DNA of 64,000 bases from positions 7,715 to 71,714 of the forward strand of contig JBDSIV010000104.1 of NCBI GenBank assembly GCA_039917755.1, given 5' to 3'. Made by a program: the position numbers and the translations under genes. The notes beneath the pieces were generated by a model. It was not told the DNA's origin. It made no database searches and saw nothing but the letters and a program-made list of their open reading frames with translations. Shown here in pieces: positions 18,571 through 27,879 of the stretch (position 1 is its first letter; the number at the start of each line of letters is the position of its first letter). This DNA is from Knoellia sp. GTDB lineage: Bacteria; Actinomycetota; Actinomycetes; Actinomycetales; Dermatophilaceae.

Positions 18571-19338
18571 TCAGAGGGGGGTGACGTAGGCGCCGGAGAT
18601 GCCTCCGTCGACAAGGAAGGTGTTTGCGGTGATGAAGCTCGACTCGTCGGACGCGAGGAAGAGGACGGCGTTGGCCATCTCCTCGGGCTCACCGAAGCGA
18701 CCCATCGGCACGTGGATGAGACGGCGGGCCGCACGCTCCTCGTCCTTGGCGAACAGCTCACGCAGCAGCGGAGTGTTGACCGGGCCCGGGCACAGGGCGT
18801 TGACGCGGACACCCTGGCGAGCGAACTCCACCCCGAGCTCGCGCGACATCGAGAGCACTCCACCTTTGGAGGCACTGTAGGAGATCTGCGAGGTCGCGGC
18901 CCCCATGACCGCGACGAACGACGCTGTGTTGATGATCGAGCCCTTGCCCTGCTCGATCATGTAGGGCAGCGCCGCCTTGCAGCACAGATAAACCGAGGTC
19001 AGGTTGACCTCCTGCACCTTGCGCCAGGCCTCGAGATCGGTGTTGAGGATCGAATCGTCCTCGGGCGGGCTGATTCCGGCGTTGTTGAAGGCGACGTCGA
19101 CGCTGCCGAACTTCTCCTTGGCCGAGGCGAAGAGCCCGTCGACCTGCTCCTTGTCGGTGACGTCGCAGTGCACGTAGGCGCCGCCGACCTCCTGCGCGAT
19201 GCGCTCACCGTTGGCGTCATCAAGGTCACCGATGACGACCTTGGCACCCTCCTCGGCAAAACGACGCACCGTTGCCAGTCCGATGCCAGAGCACCCTCCG
19301 GTGACGACAGCCACCTTGCCTGCGAGCCGATCTCCCAT
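18571..19338 (-). CDS. Short-chain dehydrogenase/reductase
   Basis: TGGCSGIG, NNAG, YSASKGG, LCPGPVNT. Confidence 0.93.
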   Translation of the reverse strand: MGDRLAGKVAVVTGGCSGIGLATVRRFAEEGAKVVIGDLDDANGERIAQEVGGAYVHCDVTDKEQVDGLFASAKEKFGSVDVAFNNAGISPPEDDSILNTDLEAWRKVQEVNLTSVYLCCKAALPYMIEQGKGSIINTASFVAVMGAATSQISYSASKGGVLSMSRELGVEFARQGVRVNALCPGPVNTPLLRELFAKDEERAARRLIHVPMGRFGEPEEMANAVLFLASDESSFITANTFLVDGGISGAYVTPL

Positions 19339-19368
19339 GTCTTTCAAGCCTTTCAGTGGATGTGACAG

Positions 19369-20766
19369 TCAGTTCTCGGTGGAGATGAAGACGTTCTTGA
19401 CCTCGGTGAAGGCGTCCAGCGCGTCCGGACCCAGCTCGCGCCCGATTCCGCTGGCCTTGTAGCCACCAAAGGGGGTCGAGTAGCGCACGCTGCTGTGGCT
19501 GTTGACCGAGAGGTTGCCGGCCTCGACCGACCGCGAGACGCGGATCGCACGACCCACGTCGCGCGTCCAGATCGAACCCGAGAGTCCGTATGCCGAGTCG
19601 TTGGCCAGGCGGATCGCTTCGGCTTCGTCGTCGAAGGGCATGACACCCACGACGGGTCCAAAGATCTCCTCCTGCCAGACGCGGTCCTGCGTGCTGGTGG
19701 GGAGCACCACGGTCGGTGGATACCAGTAGCCGGCGCCCTCAGGCGCGGTGCCACGGAAGGCAATGTCGACCTTGTCGTCGGCTCCTTCGACGAAGCCGCG
19801 CACGGTGTCGCGCTGGCCGGCGCTCACCAAGGGCCCCATCTGGGTGTTCTCGTCTCGCGGGTCACCGACGCGCACGTCGCGGATGCCGGACTCGAAGCGT
19901 TCCATGAACGCGTCGAAGACATTGCGCTGCACCAGGATTCGCGTCCTGGCACAGCAGTCCTGTCCGGCGTTGTCAAGGAAGCTCATCGGTGCTGCTGCCG
20001 CGGCGAGTTCCAGATCGGCGTCGTCGAAGATGATGTTCGCGGACTTGCCACCGAGCTCGAGGGTGACACGCTTGAGCCGGTCGGCGGCCTTGCGCATGAT
20101 CCCCTGACCGACGGCGGTGGAGCCGGTGAAGCAGACCTTGCGCACGTCCGGGTGGGTGACGAATCGCTCCCCCACCACTGCACCCTTGCCGGGCAGCACC
20201 GTGAAGACGCCCTCGGGCACGCCGGCCTCGAGGGCAAGCTCCCCGAGTCGCATGGCGGTGAGCGGGGTGAGTTCGGCGGGCTTGAGGACGACCGTGTTGC
20301 CGGCCGCGAGAGCGGGTGCGAATCCCCAGCCCGCGATGGGCATGGGGAAGTTCCACGGCACAATGATCGACACGACCCCGAGCGGTTCCTTGAAGGTGAG
20401 GTTGATCCCGCCAGCCACAGGGATCTGTTGCCCGAAGAGTCGCTCGGGCGCGGCCGAGTAGTAGGCCAGAACGTCACGGACGTTGCCGGCCTCCCACCGG
20501 GCGTTGCCGATGGTGTGGCCGGCGTTCTCCACCTCGAGTGCCGCGAGTTCCTCAAGGTGGTCATCGACCACTGCGCTGAATCGGCGCAGGAGCCGTCCCC
20601 GGTCAGCAGGCGCCATCTCGCGCCAGGTCGGCCCGACCTCGACCGCGCGGGCCACCGCTTCGTCGGTCTCCTCGACACCGACGAGGTCGATGGTGCGGAT
20701 CGCCTCCTCGGTCGCGGGGTTGATGACGGCGTGCCGCGTCGCTTCAGTCGTGTTCGTGTTGGTCAT
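19369..20766 (-). CDS. Aldehyde dehydrogenase
   Basis: IVPWNFP, FTGST, LELGGKS, GQDCCA, EEIFGPV. Confidence 0.95.
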   Translation of the reverse strand: MTNTNTTEATRHAVINPATEEAIRTIDLVGVEETDEAVARAVEVGPTWREMAPADRGRLLRRFSAVVDDHLEELAALEVENAGHTIGNARWEAGNVRDVLAYYSAAPERLFGQQIPVAGGINLTFKEPLGVVSIIVPWNFPMPIAGWGFAPALAAGNTVVLKPAELTPLTAMRLGELALEAGVPEGVFTVLPGKGAVVGERFVTHPDVRKVCFTGSTAVGQGIMRKAADRLKRVTLELGGKSANIIFDDADLELAAAAAPMSFLDNAGQDCCARTRILVQRNVFDAFMERFESGIRDVRVGDPRDENTQMGPLVSAGQRDTVRGFVEGADDKVDIAFRGTAPEGAGYWYPPTVVLPTSTQDRVWQEEIFGPVVGVMPFDDEAEAIRLANDSAYGLSGSIWTRDVGRAIRVSRSVEAGNLSVNSHSSVRYSTPFGGYKASGIGRELGPDALDAFTEVKNVFISTEN

Positions 20767-20768
20767 GG

Positions 20769-22154
20769 TCAGAGCCTTTCGAAGCCTCGGATGCGTTCCC
20801 AGTCGGTCACGGCCGCATCGAAGGCCGTGAGCTCGACATCGGCCGCGTTGACGTAGTGCTCGACGATGTCGTCGCCAAAGACCTCGCGGGCGATCGACGA
20901 CGCGGCCAGCAGGTCACGCGCCTCACGCAGCGTGGACGGCACGGTGGGTACGTCGGAGAGGTAGGCATTACCCACGAACTCCGGCTCCAACTCGAGCTTG
21001 TGCTCGATGCCGTAGAGCCCACCGGCGAGCATCGCTGCCACGGCGAGGTAGGGGTTCACGTCGCCGCCCGGGACGCGGTTCTCCATCCGCAGCCCGCCGC
21101 CGTGTCCGACCACTCGGAGGGCGCAGGTCCGGTTGTCCCGGCCCCAAGCGATGGCTGTGGGGGCGAACGACCCGACTGCAAATCGCTTGTAGGAATTGAT
21201 GTTCGGCGCATAGAAGTAGGTGAAGTCGCGCATGGTCGCCAGAACTCCGGCGAGGAACTGGTCGTGCAGGATGCCTTGACCACCCTCACGGTCGTCGTCG
21301 GCAAAGACGACCTCACCGTCCAGACCCCGCAGCGACAAGTGGATGTGGCAGGAGTTGCCCTCGCGCTCGTCGTACTTCGCCATGAAGGTGAGAGACATGC
21401 CGTGCTTGGTAGCCAGCTCCTTAGCGGCGGTCTTGTAGATGACATGGTTGTCGCACGTGCGCACGACCTCGTCATAGAGGAACCCGATCTCGTGCTGCCC
21501 GAGGTTGCACTCACCCTTGGCGCCCTCGACGATGACGCCTGCGGAATACATCTCGTTGCGGATCTCACGCAGGAGCGGCTCAACCACGGTCCCACCGGTG
21601 ATCGAGTAGTCGACGTTGTAGCGGTTGGCACCGGTCAAGCCGACGTAGCGTCGGTCCCAGGCCGAGTCGAACGAGTCCTCGAAGACGATGAACTCGAGCT
21701 CAGTGCCGGCGATCGCCATCCAGCCCTTGTCAGCGGCGCGATCGACCTGCGCCTTGAGGATGCTACGGGGCGACTGACGCACCAACCCCGAGCCGTCCAG
21801 CCAAGCGAGGTCGCACTGGATCGTCACCGAGTTCGGTTGCCCGGGCGTGCGCCGCAGCGTGTCCATGTCGAGGACGAACTCGAAGTCGCCGTATCCCTTC
21901 TCCCACGAAGACATGGTGTAGCCATCGATCGTGTTCATGTCCACGTCGACCGCGAGCAGGTAGTTGCAGCCCTCGACTGCTCCCTCAAGCACATGGTCGA
22001 GGAAATAGGCCGCGTGCAACCGCTTGCCGGTCAGCCGTCCCTGCATGTCAGTGAAGGCGGTGATGACTGTGTCGATCTCACCGCTTTCGGTGCCTGCGCG
22101 CAGGTCCTTGAGGGTCAACTGCTTCGGACCCCTTTTGTGAATGGAACCACTCAT
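20769..22154 (-). CDS. Glutamine synthetase-like gamma-glutamyl-amine ligase (GlnA4 type)
   Basis: FTDMQGRLTGKR, GTELEF, GECNLGQHE, GNSCHIH, ENRVPGGDVNPYLA; context with PuuD, ALDH, SDR and permease. Confidence 0.9.
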   Translation of the reverse strand: MSGSIHKRGPKQLTLKDLRAGTESGEIDTVITAFTDMQGRLTGKRLHAAYFLDHVLEGAVEGCNYLLAVDVDMNTIDGYTMSSWEKGYGDFEFVLDMDTLRRTPGQPNSVTIQCDLAWLDGSGLVRQSPRSILKAQVDRAADKGWMAIAGTELEFIVFEDSFDSAWDRRYVGLTGANRYNVDYSITGGTVVEPLLREIRNEMYSAGVIVEGAKGECNLGQHEIGFLYDEVVRTCDNHVIYKTAAKELATKHGMSLTFMAKYDEREGNSCHIHLSLRGLDGEVVFADDDREGGQGILHDQFLAGVLATMRDFTYFYAPNINSYKRFAVGSFAPTAIAWGRDNRTCALRVVGHGGGLRMENRVPGGDVNPYLAVAAMLAGGLYGIEHKLELEPEFVGNAYLSDVPTVPSTLREARDLLAASSIAREVFGDDIVEHYVNAADVELTAFDAAVTDWERIRGFERL

Positions 22155-22177
22155 GCGTCGTTCTCCTTCGTTCGAGC

Positions 22178-22912
22178 TCATCCGAGAAGTCCTCTGAGCA
22201 GGGCGGAGGTGGCATCGCAGTGCTCCTCCATGGCTTCACGGGCCGCGTCGGCGTCGCCGTGCAGGATCGCCATGACGACCGCGTCGTGTTGCTCGCACGA
22301 GTGCGAGATGTTGCGTGGGAGAACAGGAATCGCGCCGAGCATCTCGCCAAGAGCCGACTGCGCCCGGGTCACTGATTCGATGAGCATCGGCGAGCCCGAG
22401 AGTGTGGCAACCGCGAGGTGGAAGCGACTGTCCGCGATCCGGTGCGCCCCCGACTCGGGAGCCGCCCAGACAGCCGCCGCCGAATCGACGAGCCAGGCGC
22501 GCTGGTCACCAGCCAGGTTCTGCCGCGCCGCAAGCCATGCCGCCCCCGGCTCCACGATCCGCCGGAAGTCCAGTGCATCGGCCAGCGCGGCCCCATGACG
22601 CACCGTCACCGGCGGCGACGAAGAGCCCGGCTCGGGCGTGACATAGGTGACGACCGTGCCTCCCCCGCGCCCACGGCGAGTGGCGACCAGGCCACTCTCG
22701 CGAAGCGCCGCAATGGCGTCACGCAGCGTGTTGCGGGCGACGCCGAGGCGTTCGGCGAGTTCGCGTTCGGGCGGGAGCTGCTCATCATTGACGAAGACCC
22801 CCAACCGAATCGCGGTGGCCAGTTGCTCCACCGTCGTCTCGAACACGTTGGCCGTTGCCGGACGCAGGACGGCCTCGGAGAGGCGTCCCACGTCCGGAAG
22901 GTGCGCGCTCAT
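22178..22912 (-). CDS. GntR/FadR-family regulator
   Basis: LPPERELAERLGVARNTLRDA HTH; FCD domain DSRFH. Confidence 0.92.
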   Translation of the reverse strand: MSAHLPDVGRLSEAVLRPATANVFETTVEQLATAIRLGVFVNDEQLPPERELAERLGVARNTLRDAIAALRESGLVATRRGRGGGTVVTYVTPEPGSSSPPVTVRHGAALADALDFRRIVEPGAAWLAARQNLAGDQRAWLVDSAAAVWAAPESGAHRIADSRFHLAVATLSGSPMLIESVTRAQSALGEMLGAIPVLPRNISHSCEQHDAVVMAILHGDADAAREAMEEHCDATSALLRGLLG

Positions 22913-22934
22913 GCGAGGCGCTCCACGGCATACG

Positions 22935-24470
22935 TCATGTGAAGATCTCGGCCGGCGGGATGGTGTCGTGACCCTGGGGCACGTCCACCATGAAGTGCTT
23001 GCGACCCGCGAGGAACCAGGACACCGTCGCGAAGACGACGACGAGCAGGACCGCGACCGGCGCATAGTTGAAGGTGTCGATGCTGATCGGCGAGGCGGGC
23101 GGGAGCATGAACAGGATGACGATGAAGATCACCCATGCCACCGCAATCCAGCCGATCGGCGCGCTCCATCGTCCAAGGTTCCACCTGCCGGGCGTGAAGT
23201 CCGGGTTCATCCGGCGCAGGAAGACCGGGGTCACATAGGCGATGTAGAGGCCAATGACCGCAATGGACGTGACCGCGAGGTAGGCCGTCGTGGACACGAG
23301 CGCGGGGCTGGCCAGAACGATCGACGCCACGGTGACGAGCCAGATCGAGTTGGTTGGGGTGCCCGTGCGCGGGTTGACCTTGGACCACAGCCGCGAGCCC
23401 GGCAGTGCGTTGTCGCGAGAGAAGGCGAACGACATCCGCGAGGACGAGGTCACGCAGGCCATGCCGCAGAAGAACTGGGCCACCGCGGCGATGAAGAGCA
23501 TGAACAGGCCCAGCGTCTCACCAGTTGCATCAATGAAGATCTGCGCGGGGGGCAGTCCGATGTCAGAGTTGCGGGCTTGGTCCCAACCGCTCTCGCCCTG
23601 GACGGCGAAGGTGACGGCGAGCAAGAGGATCCATCCAGCGATGAGCGAGACGATGACCGAGTTGACGATGCCCTTGGGGGCGGCGACGGCGGCGTTCTTG
23701 GTCTCTTCGGCGACGTGGGCAGAGGCGTCAAAGCCGGTGAAGGTGTATTGCGCCATGAGCAGACCGATGAGGAAGACATAGATGCCGCTCTGCCAGCCGG
23801 TCTCGTTCTTGAACTCGGTGAAGACCCACTGAGCGCTCTGGTGGTGGTCCGGGACGAAGGCCAGCAGGAGGACGATGATCCCAGCGCCGACAAGGTGCCA
23901 CCACGCCGAGACGCCCGAAAGCAGACGCACGAGGTTGACACCGAAGGCGTTGAGCAGACCGTGCAGGAGAAGGATGATGACGAAGGCCACGAAGGTTGTC
24001 GTCGCGCTGACCTCGATGCCGAAAACGAGGCTGAGGAAGGCCATCCACGTCACTGCGGCCCCGTAGTCCACGGCCGTGGTCACCGCGACCTCACCGAGGA
24101 AGTTGAACCACCCGACGTACCAGGCCCACACCCGCTTGTTGGTGCGGGCAAGGCGTCCGGCCCAGAAGTACAAGCCGCCGGCCGTCGGGTAGACCGAGCA
24201 GATCTCGCCCATGGCGAGCGCGACGCACACGACAAACACACCGACGAGGGGCCACCCGATCGAGATGGCCATCGGTCCGCCGGCGGCCATGGCGATGCCG
24301 TAGCTCGTGATGCAGCCAGCGAGGATGGAGATGATCGAGAACGAGACCGCGAAGTTGCTGAACCCGCTCATCGAGCGGGTCAGCTCCTGCTTGTAGCCGA
24401 GCTCGGCGAGGTGCTCCTCGTCGCTGAGGTGCTCCGTGGTGGCGCCTGCCTGGTCGGGTTGTTTCGCCAT
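22935..24470 (-). CDS. APC-family amino acid/amine permease
   Basis: LGYKQEL.R..SGFSNFAVSFSIISIL, YPTAGGLY, GFDASAHVAEET; about 12 TM. Confidence 0.93.
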   Translation of the reverse strand: MAKQPDQAGATTEHLSDEEHLAELGYKQELTRSMSGFSNFAVSFSIISILAGCITSYGIAMAAGGPMAISIGWPLVGVFVVCVALAMGEICSVYPTAGGLYFWAGRLARTNKRVWAWYVGWFNFLGEVAVTTAVDYGAAVTWMAFLSLVFGIEVSATTTFVAFVIILLLHGLLNAFGVNLVRLLSGVSAWWHLVGAGIIVLLLAFVPDHHQSAQWVFTEFKNETGWQSGIYVFLIGLLMAQYTFTGFDASAHVAEETKNAAVAAPKGIVNSVIVSLIAGWILLLAVTFAVQGESGWDQARNSDIGLPPAQIFIDATGETLGLFMLFIAAVAQFFCGMACVTSSSRMSFAFSRDNALPGSRLWSKVNPRTGTPTNSIWLVTVASIVLASPALVSTTAYLAVTSIAVIGLYIAYVTPVFLRRMNPDFTPGRWNLGRWSAPIGWIAVAWVIFIVILFMLPPASPISIDTFNYAPVAVLLVVVFATVSWFLAGRKHFMVDVPQGHDTIPPAEIFT

Positions 24471-24614
24471 GGACACTCCCGTTCAAAGGTATGTTTCCGC
24501 ACCCTGTGGTGACGAAAACTCAGTAGTGCACAGGAAACACCCAGACAGTGTGCATCGTCAATGGTCTGTTCATGAACCATTGCGCAAGGCGTGCGGTGGT
24601 GGGGCCGCGAGGGC

Positions 24615-25712
24615 TCAGGCCAGCTGGGTGAGCCAGCCGCGGGTGTCCTCGACGCGGCCGTACTGGATGTCGAGCAGGCGCGAACGGATCGTGCGCGTCA
24701 CCTCGCCACCTTCAGGACCGCCGACGGCCGGCGCCGTGCCGCCTTGCCAACGCAGCTCGCCCACGGGGGTGACGACGGCCGCAGTGCCACAGGCGAAGAT
24801 CTCGACGATGTCCCCCGACGCCACTCCGTCCTTCCACTCCTGGATCGGCACGGTGCGCTCCACGGGGCTGAGATCGAGGTCCTTGGCCAGCGCGAGGATC
24901 GAACTGCGGGTGATGCCCTCGAGGATCGAGCCGGACAGCTCGGGTGTGACGAGCTCGCCGTTCTTGGTGAGGAAAAAGAGGTTCATCCCACCGAGCTCTT
25001 CGATGTTCTGGTGAGTGCCCGAGTCGAGAAACACGGCCTGGTCGCAACCGTTCTCGATGCCCTCGAGCTGGCCGGCAAGCGAGGAGGCGTAGTTGCCACC
25101 GCATTTGGCGTTGCCCGTGCCACCGGCACCAGCGCGCGCATAGTCCTGCGAGATCCACAACGTCACCGGCTTGAGGCCACCAGCGAAATAGGGTCCGGCG
25201 GGCGAAGCGATGACCGAGTAGGTCACCTCGTTGGCCGGGCGCACACCGAGGAATGCCTCGGACGCATACATGAACGGGCGCAGATAGAGGCTGGCCTCGC
25301 TGCCGTCAGCCGGCGGCACCCAGGCGTTGTCCACGGCGATCAGTGCCTTGAGGGAACCGATGAAGTCGGCCTCGCAGAGCTCGGGCAGGGCCAGGCGTCG
25401 GGCGCTGCGGGCCATGCGGGCCGCGTTGGCTTCGGGGCGGAACGTCCACACGGACCCATCTTCGTGGCGATAGGCCTTCATGCCCTCGAAGATCTCCTGC
25501 GCATAGTGCAGCACCGCCGCACTCGGCATGAGCTGAATGGGGCCATAGGGCGTGACTCGACCGTCGTGCCAGCCACCGTCCTTGGTCCACGTCGCCGACA
25601 CCATGTGGTCGGTGAAGTGGACGCCGAAGCCGGGGTTGGCAAAGATCTCGGCGCGACGCTCGTCGCTCACGGGGTCCGGACGTCGCAGAGTAGTGAACGA
25701 GAGATCAGTCAT
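24615..25712 (-). CDS. ilvE: Branched-chain amino acid aminotransferase
   Basis: LHYAQEIFEGMKAY, AKCGGNYA, EELGGMNLF, ILEGITR, CGTAAVVTP. Confidence 0.96.
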   Translation of the reverse strand: MTDLSFTTLRRPDPVSDERRAEIFANPGFGVHFTDHMVSATWTKDGGWHDGRVTPYGPIQLMPSAAVLHYAQEIFEGMKAYRHEDGSVWTFRPEANAARMARSARRLALPELCEADFIGSLKALIAVDNAWVPPADGSEASLYLRPFMYASEAFLGVRPANEVTYSVIASPAGPYFAGGLKPVTLWISQDYARAGAGGTGNAKCGGNYASSLAGQLEGIENGCDQAVFLDSGTHQNIEELGGMNLFFLTKNGELVTPELSGSILEGITRSSILALAKDLDLSPVERTVPIQEWKDGVASGDIVEIFACGTAAVVTPVGELRWQGGTAPAVGGPEGGEVTRTIRSRLLDIQYGRVEDTRGWLTQLA

Positions 25713-25772
25713 CTCAGGGGGTCCTTCCACGCAGATGAGGCGGTGCGAAGCTCGCTGGTGCTGGGACTGAGC

Positions 25773-26852
25773 CTAGGACAGGCGCGCGGCGACAGCGTCA
25801 CCGATGGCGCTCGTCGTGCGTACCTCGCACCCACGGACGGCGAGATCCGCAGCCACTGCCGCTTCGACCGCGGCCGCTTGGTCGGTCCGGCCGAGGTGCT
25901 CCAGGAGCATCGCCACCGACAGGATCGTTGCTGTCGGGTCGGCCTTGCCCTGGCCCGCGATGTCCGGCGCGGAGCCGTGCACCGGCTCGAACATGCTCGG
26001 CGACTCTCCCGTCGGGTTGATGTTGCCGCTGGCGGCCAGACCAATGCCGCCGGCGATGGCCGCGGCGATGTCGGTGATGATGTCACCGAAGAGGTTGTCG
26101 GTGACGATCACGTCGAACCGGCCGGGGTCGGTCGCCAGGAAGATCGTCGCCGCGTCGACGTGCTGGTAGGCCGTCTCGACATCGGGGAACTCCGCCCCGA
26201 CCTCCTCGACCGTGCGACGCCACAGGTGGCCGGCGAAGGTGAGGACGTTGTGCTTGTGGACGAGGGTGAGGTGCTTGCGCGGACGAGCCTGGGCGCGCGC
26301 AAAGGCCTCACGCACGACGCGCTCGACGCCGAACCGCGTGTTGACGCTGACCTCGGTCGCGATCTCGTGCGGGGTGCCGGCGCGCAGCGAACCGCCGTTG
26401 CCCACATAAGGACCCTCAGTGCCCTCACGCACGACGACGAAATCGATGCCGTCCGGAGCGACTCGCTCGACAGCCAGCGGGCTCTCGACACCCGGATAGA
26501 GCTTGGCGGGGCGCAGGTTGACGAAGTGGTCGAGCGCAAAGCGAAGCGGCAGGAGGATGCCGCGCTCGAGGACACCACTCGGCACGCTCGGGTCGCCGAT
26601 GGCACCGAGCAGGATGACGTCATGGCCGCGCAGTTCCTCCAGAACGCTGTCCGGGAGCGTCTCACCGGTGGCGTTCCAGCGCTTCGCGCCGAGGTCGTAT
26701 GCCGTGCTGGTGACCTTTGCGCCGCTGCCGACGGTCACCGCTTCGAGGACCTTCAGTCCCTCGGCCACGACCTCGGGTCCGATGCCGTCACCCGCGATCA
26801 CCGCCAGGTTGATGTCCGTCGAGGTGGCGTCCGCTGCGCTGGTGTCCGTCAT
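25773..26852 (-). CDS. leuB: 3-isopropylmalate dehydrogenase
   Basis: [34 protein letters not shown]. Confidence 0.96.
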   Translation of the reverse strand: MTDTSAADATSTDINLAVIAGDGIGPEVVAEGLKVLEAVTVGSGAKVTSTAYDLGAKRWNATGETLPDSVLEELRGHDVILLGAIGDPSVPSGVLERGILLPLRFALDHFVNLRPAKLYPGVESPLAVERVAPDGIDFVVVREGTEGPYVGNGGSLRAGTPHEIATEVSVNTRFGVERVVREAFARAQARPRKHLTLVHKHNVLTFAGHLWRRTVEEVGAEFPDVETAYQHVDAATIFLATDPGRFDVIVTDNLFGDIITDIAAAIAGGIGLAASGNINPTGESPSMFEPVHGSAPDIAGQGKADPTATILSVAMLLEHLGRTDQAAAVEAAVAADLAVRGCEVRTTSAIGDAVAARLS

Positions 26853-26871
26853 GCCCACACCTTAGGAAAGG

Positions 26872-26908
26872 GTCTCGGGATGCGGGATGGCTCGCTCACC
26901 ATCCGGAC
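26872..26908. promoter_or_regulatory. Paired NdgR/LtbR-type operator upstream of leuB
   Basis: GTCTCGGGATGCGGGAT and GCTCACCATCCGGAC; the latter shares CACCATCCGGAC with the ilvB site. Confidence 0.65.
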
Positions 26909-26924
26909 GCACCCCGCAAAGAGA

Positions 26925-27005
26925 TTCCCGCCCGAAGTGGCTTTCTCTCACTTCGCTTGACTGCGGTGGTCAAGCGAAGTGAGAGAAACCCACTTCAGGC
27001 GGGAA
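26925..27005. repeat. Long intergenic inverted repeat (37-bp arms, 2 mismatches)
   Basis: TTCCCGCCCGAAGTGGCTTTCTCTCACTTCGCTTGAC-TGCGGTG-GTCAAGCGAAGTGAGAGAAACCCACTTCAGGCGGGAA. Confidence 0.9.
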
Positions 27006-27018
27006 AGTTGTGGCGGGG

Positions 27019-27099
27019 TCAGGCGTCCGTGTGGTCCTGGTCGCGCAGGTCCATCGACTCCTGCAGTGCCCGCTGGGCCTGCTTGGCTTCTTCGCTCAT
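27019..27099 (-). CDS. Putative 26-aa small protein MSEEAKQAQRALQESMDLRDQDHTDA
   Basis: ATG with GAAGGA RBS about 9 nt upstream; GC3-rich codons; ends just before the long hairpin. Confidence 0.45.
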   Translation of the reverse strand: MSEEAKQAQRALQESMDLRDQDHTDA

Positions 27100-27428
27100 G
27101 AGATTCAAATCCTTCAACGTTCGAATGTGGGTGGTCGGTCGGCTCGAGCCCTGGTGCGGGCGAACCGGTCAGCGGCGTCGCAGGGTCTCCGCGACGAGGA
27201 AGCTGACTACCGAACCTCGCCGCGGCTGGCAATGAGGAGTACGTGCCGCTGCATGTCTTCGAGGTTAGAAGGACGTCCAACTCTCAGGAAGAGGCTGCTC
27301 ACAAAGTGAGACGACGTCTCAGCCGGGCCTCAGCCCGACGCGCTCCGCGCGATTTGGACCCCCCCCCAGATCGCACGGATGCCGCGCGCCACCGAAGTGG
27401 GCACGCGGCATCAGCGATGGGGCGTTGG

Positions 27429-27707
27429 TCAGCTCTTGGTGAGCTTGCGCTTGAGCTCGGCAGCCGGCTTGAACGCGGCCGCGGTGCTGGCCTTGATCTC
27501 GAGAGCCTCACCGGTCTGCGGGTTGCGGCCCGTGCGTGCTGCACGCTCGCGCGTCTCGAAGATGCCGAAGCCCGGAAGCGACACCTTGTCGCCAGCAACG
27601 AGGGCGTCGGTGATGGCGTCGAGGACGGCTCCCACGGCGCGGTCGGCGTCAGCGGCGCTGAGCTCCGTGCTCTCGGCAACCTTGTTCTTGAGATCCGTAC
27701 GGTTCAC
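27429..27707 (-). CDS. hup: HU-family DNA-binding protein (short, no PAKK tail)
   Basis: MNRTDLKNKVA...GDKVSLPGFGIFETRERAARTGRNPQTGE...FKPAAELK. Confidence 0.93.
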   Translation of the reverse strand: MNRTDLKNKVAESTELSAADADRAVGAVLDAITDALVAGDKVSLPGFGIFETRERAARTGRNPQTGEALEIKASTAAAFKPAAELKRKLTKS

Positions 27708-27744
27708 AAACCCTCCTGGGTCAAACGTGGTCATTGACGGGCCA

Positions 27745-27776
27745 ACGATAAGCACATGCACCGACATTCTCTGACA
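27745..27776 (-). promoter_or_regulatory. PafBC/RecA-NDp-type promoter of the HU gene
   Basis: Minus strand TGTCAG-agaa-TGTCGG-tgcatgtgct-TATCGT (TGTCGG-N10-TANNNT). Confidence 0.7.
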
Positions 27777-27790
27777 TCGCCCAGAAGCGG

Positions 27791-27832
27791 GTATGCCGTG
27801 TGGTCACCTTGGGAGGTGACCACACGGCATAC
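27791..27832. terminator. Hairpin downstream of serA whose outer arms are two inverted CGGCATAC octamers
   Basis: GTATGCCGTGTGGTCACCT-TGGG-AGGTGACCACACGGCATAC, perfect 19-bp stem. Confidence 0.8.
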
Positions 27833-27879
27833 ACGCTGCAGGTCAGTGGCGTTGTGCCACAACGTTATTCAGGCAGAAG

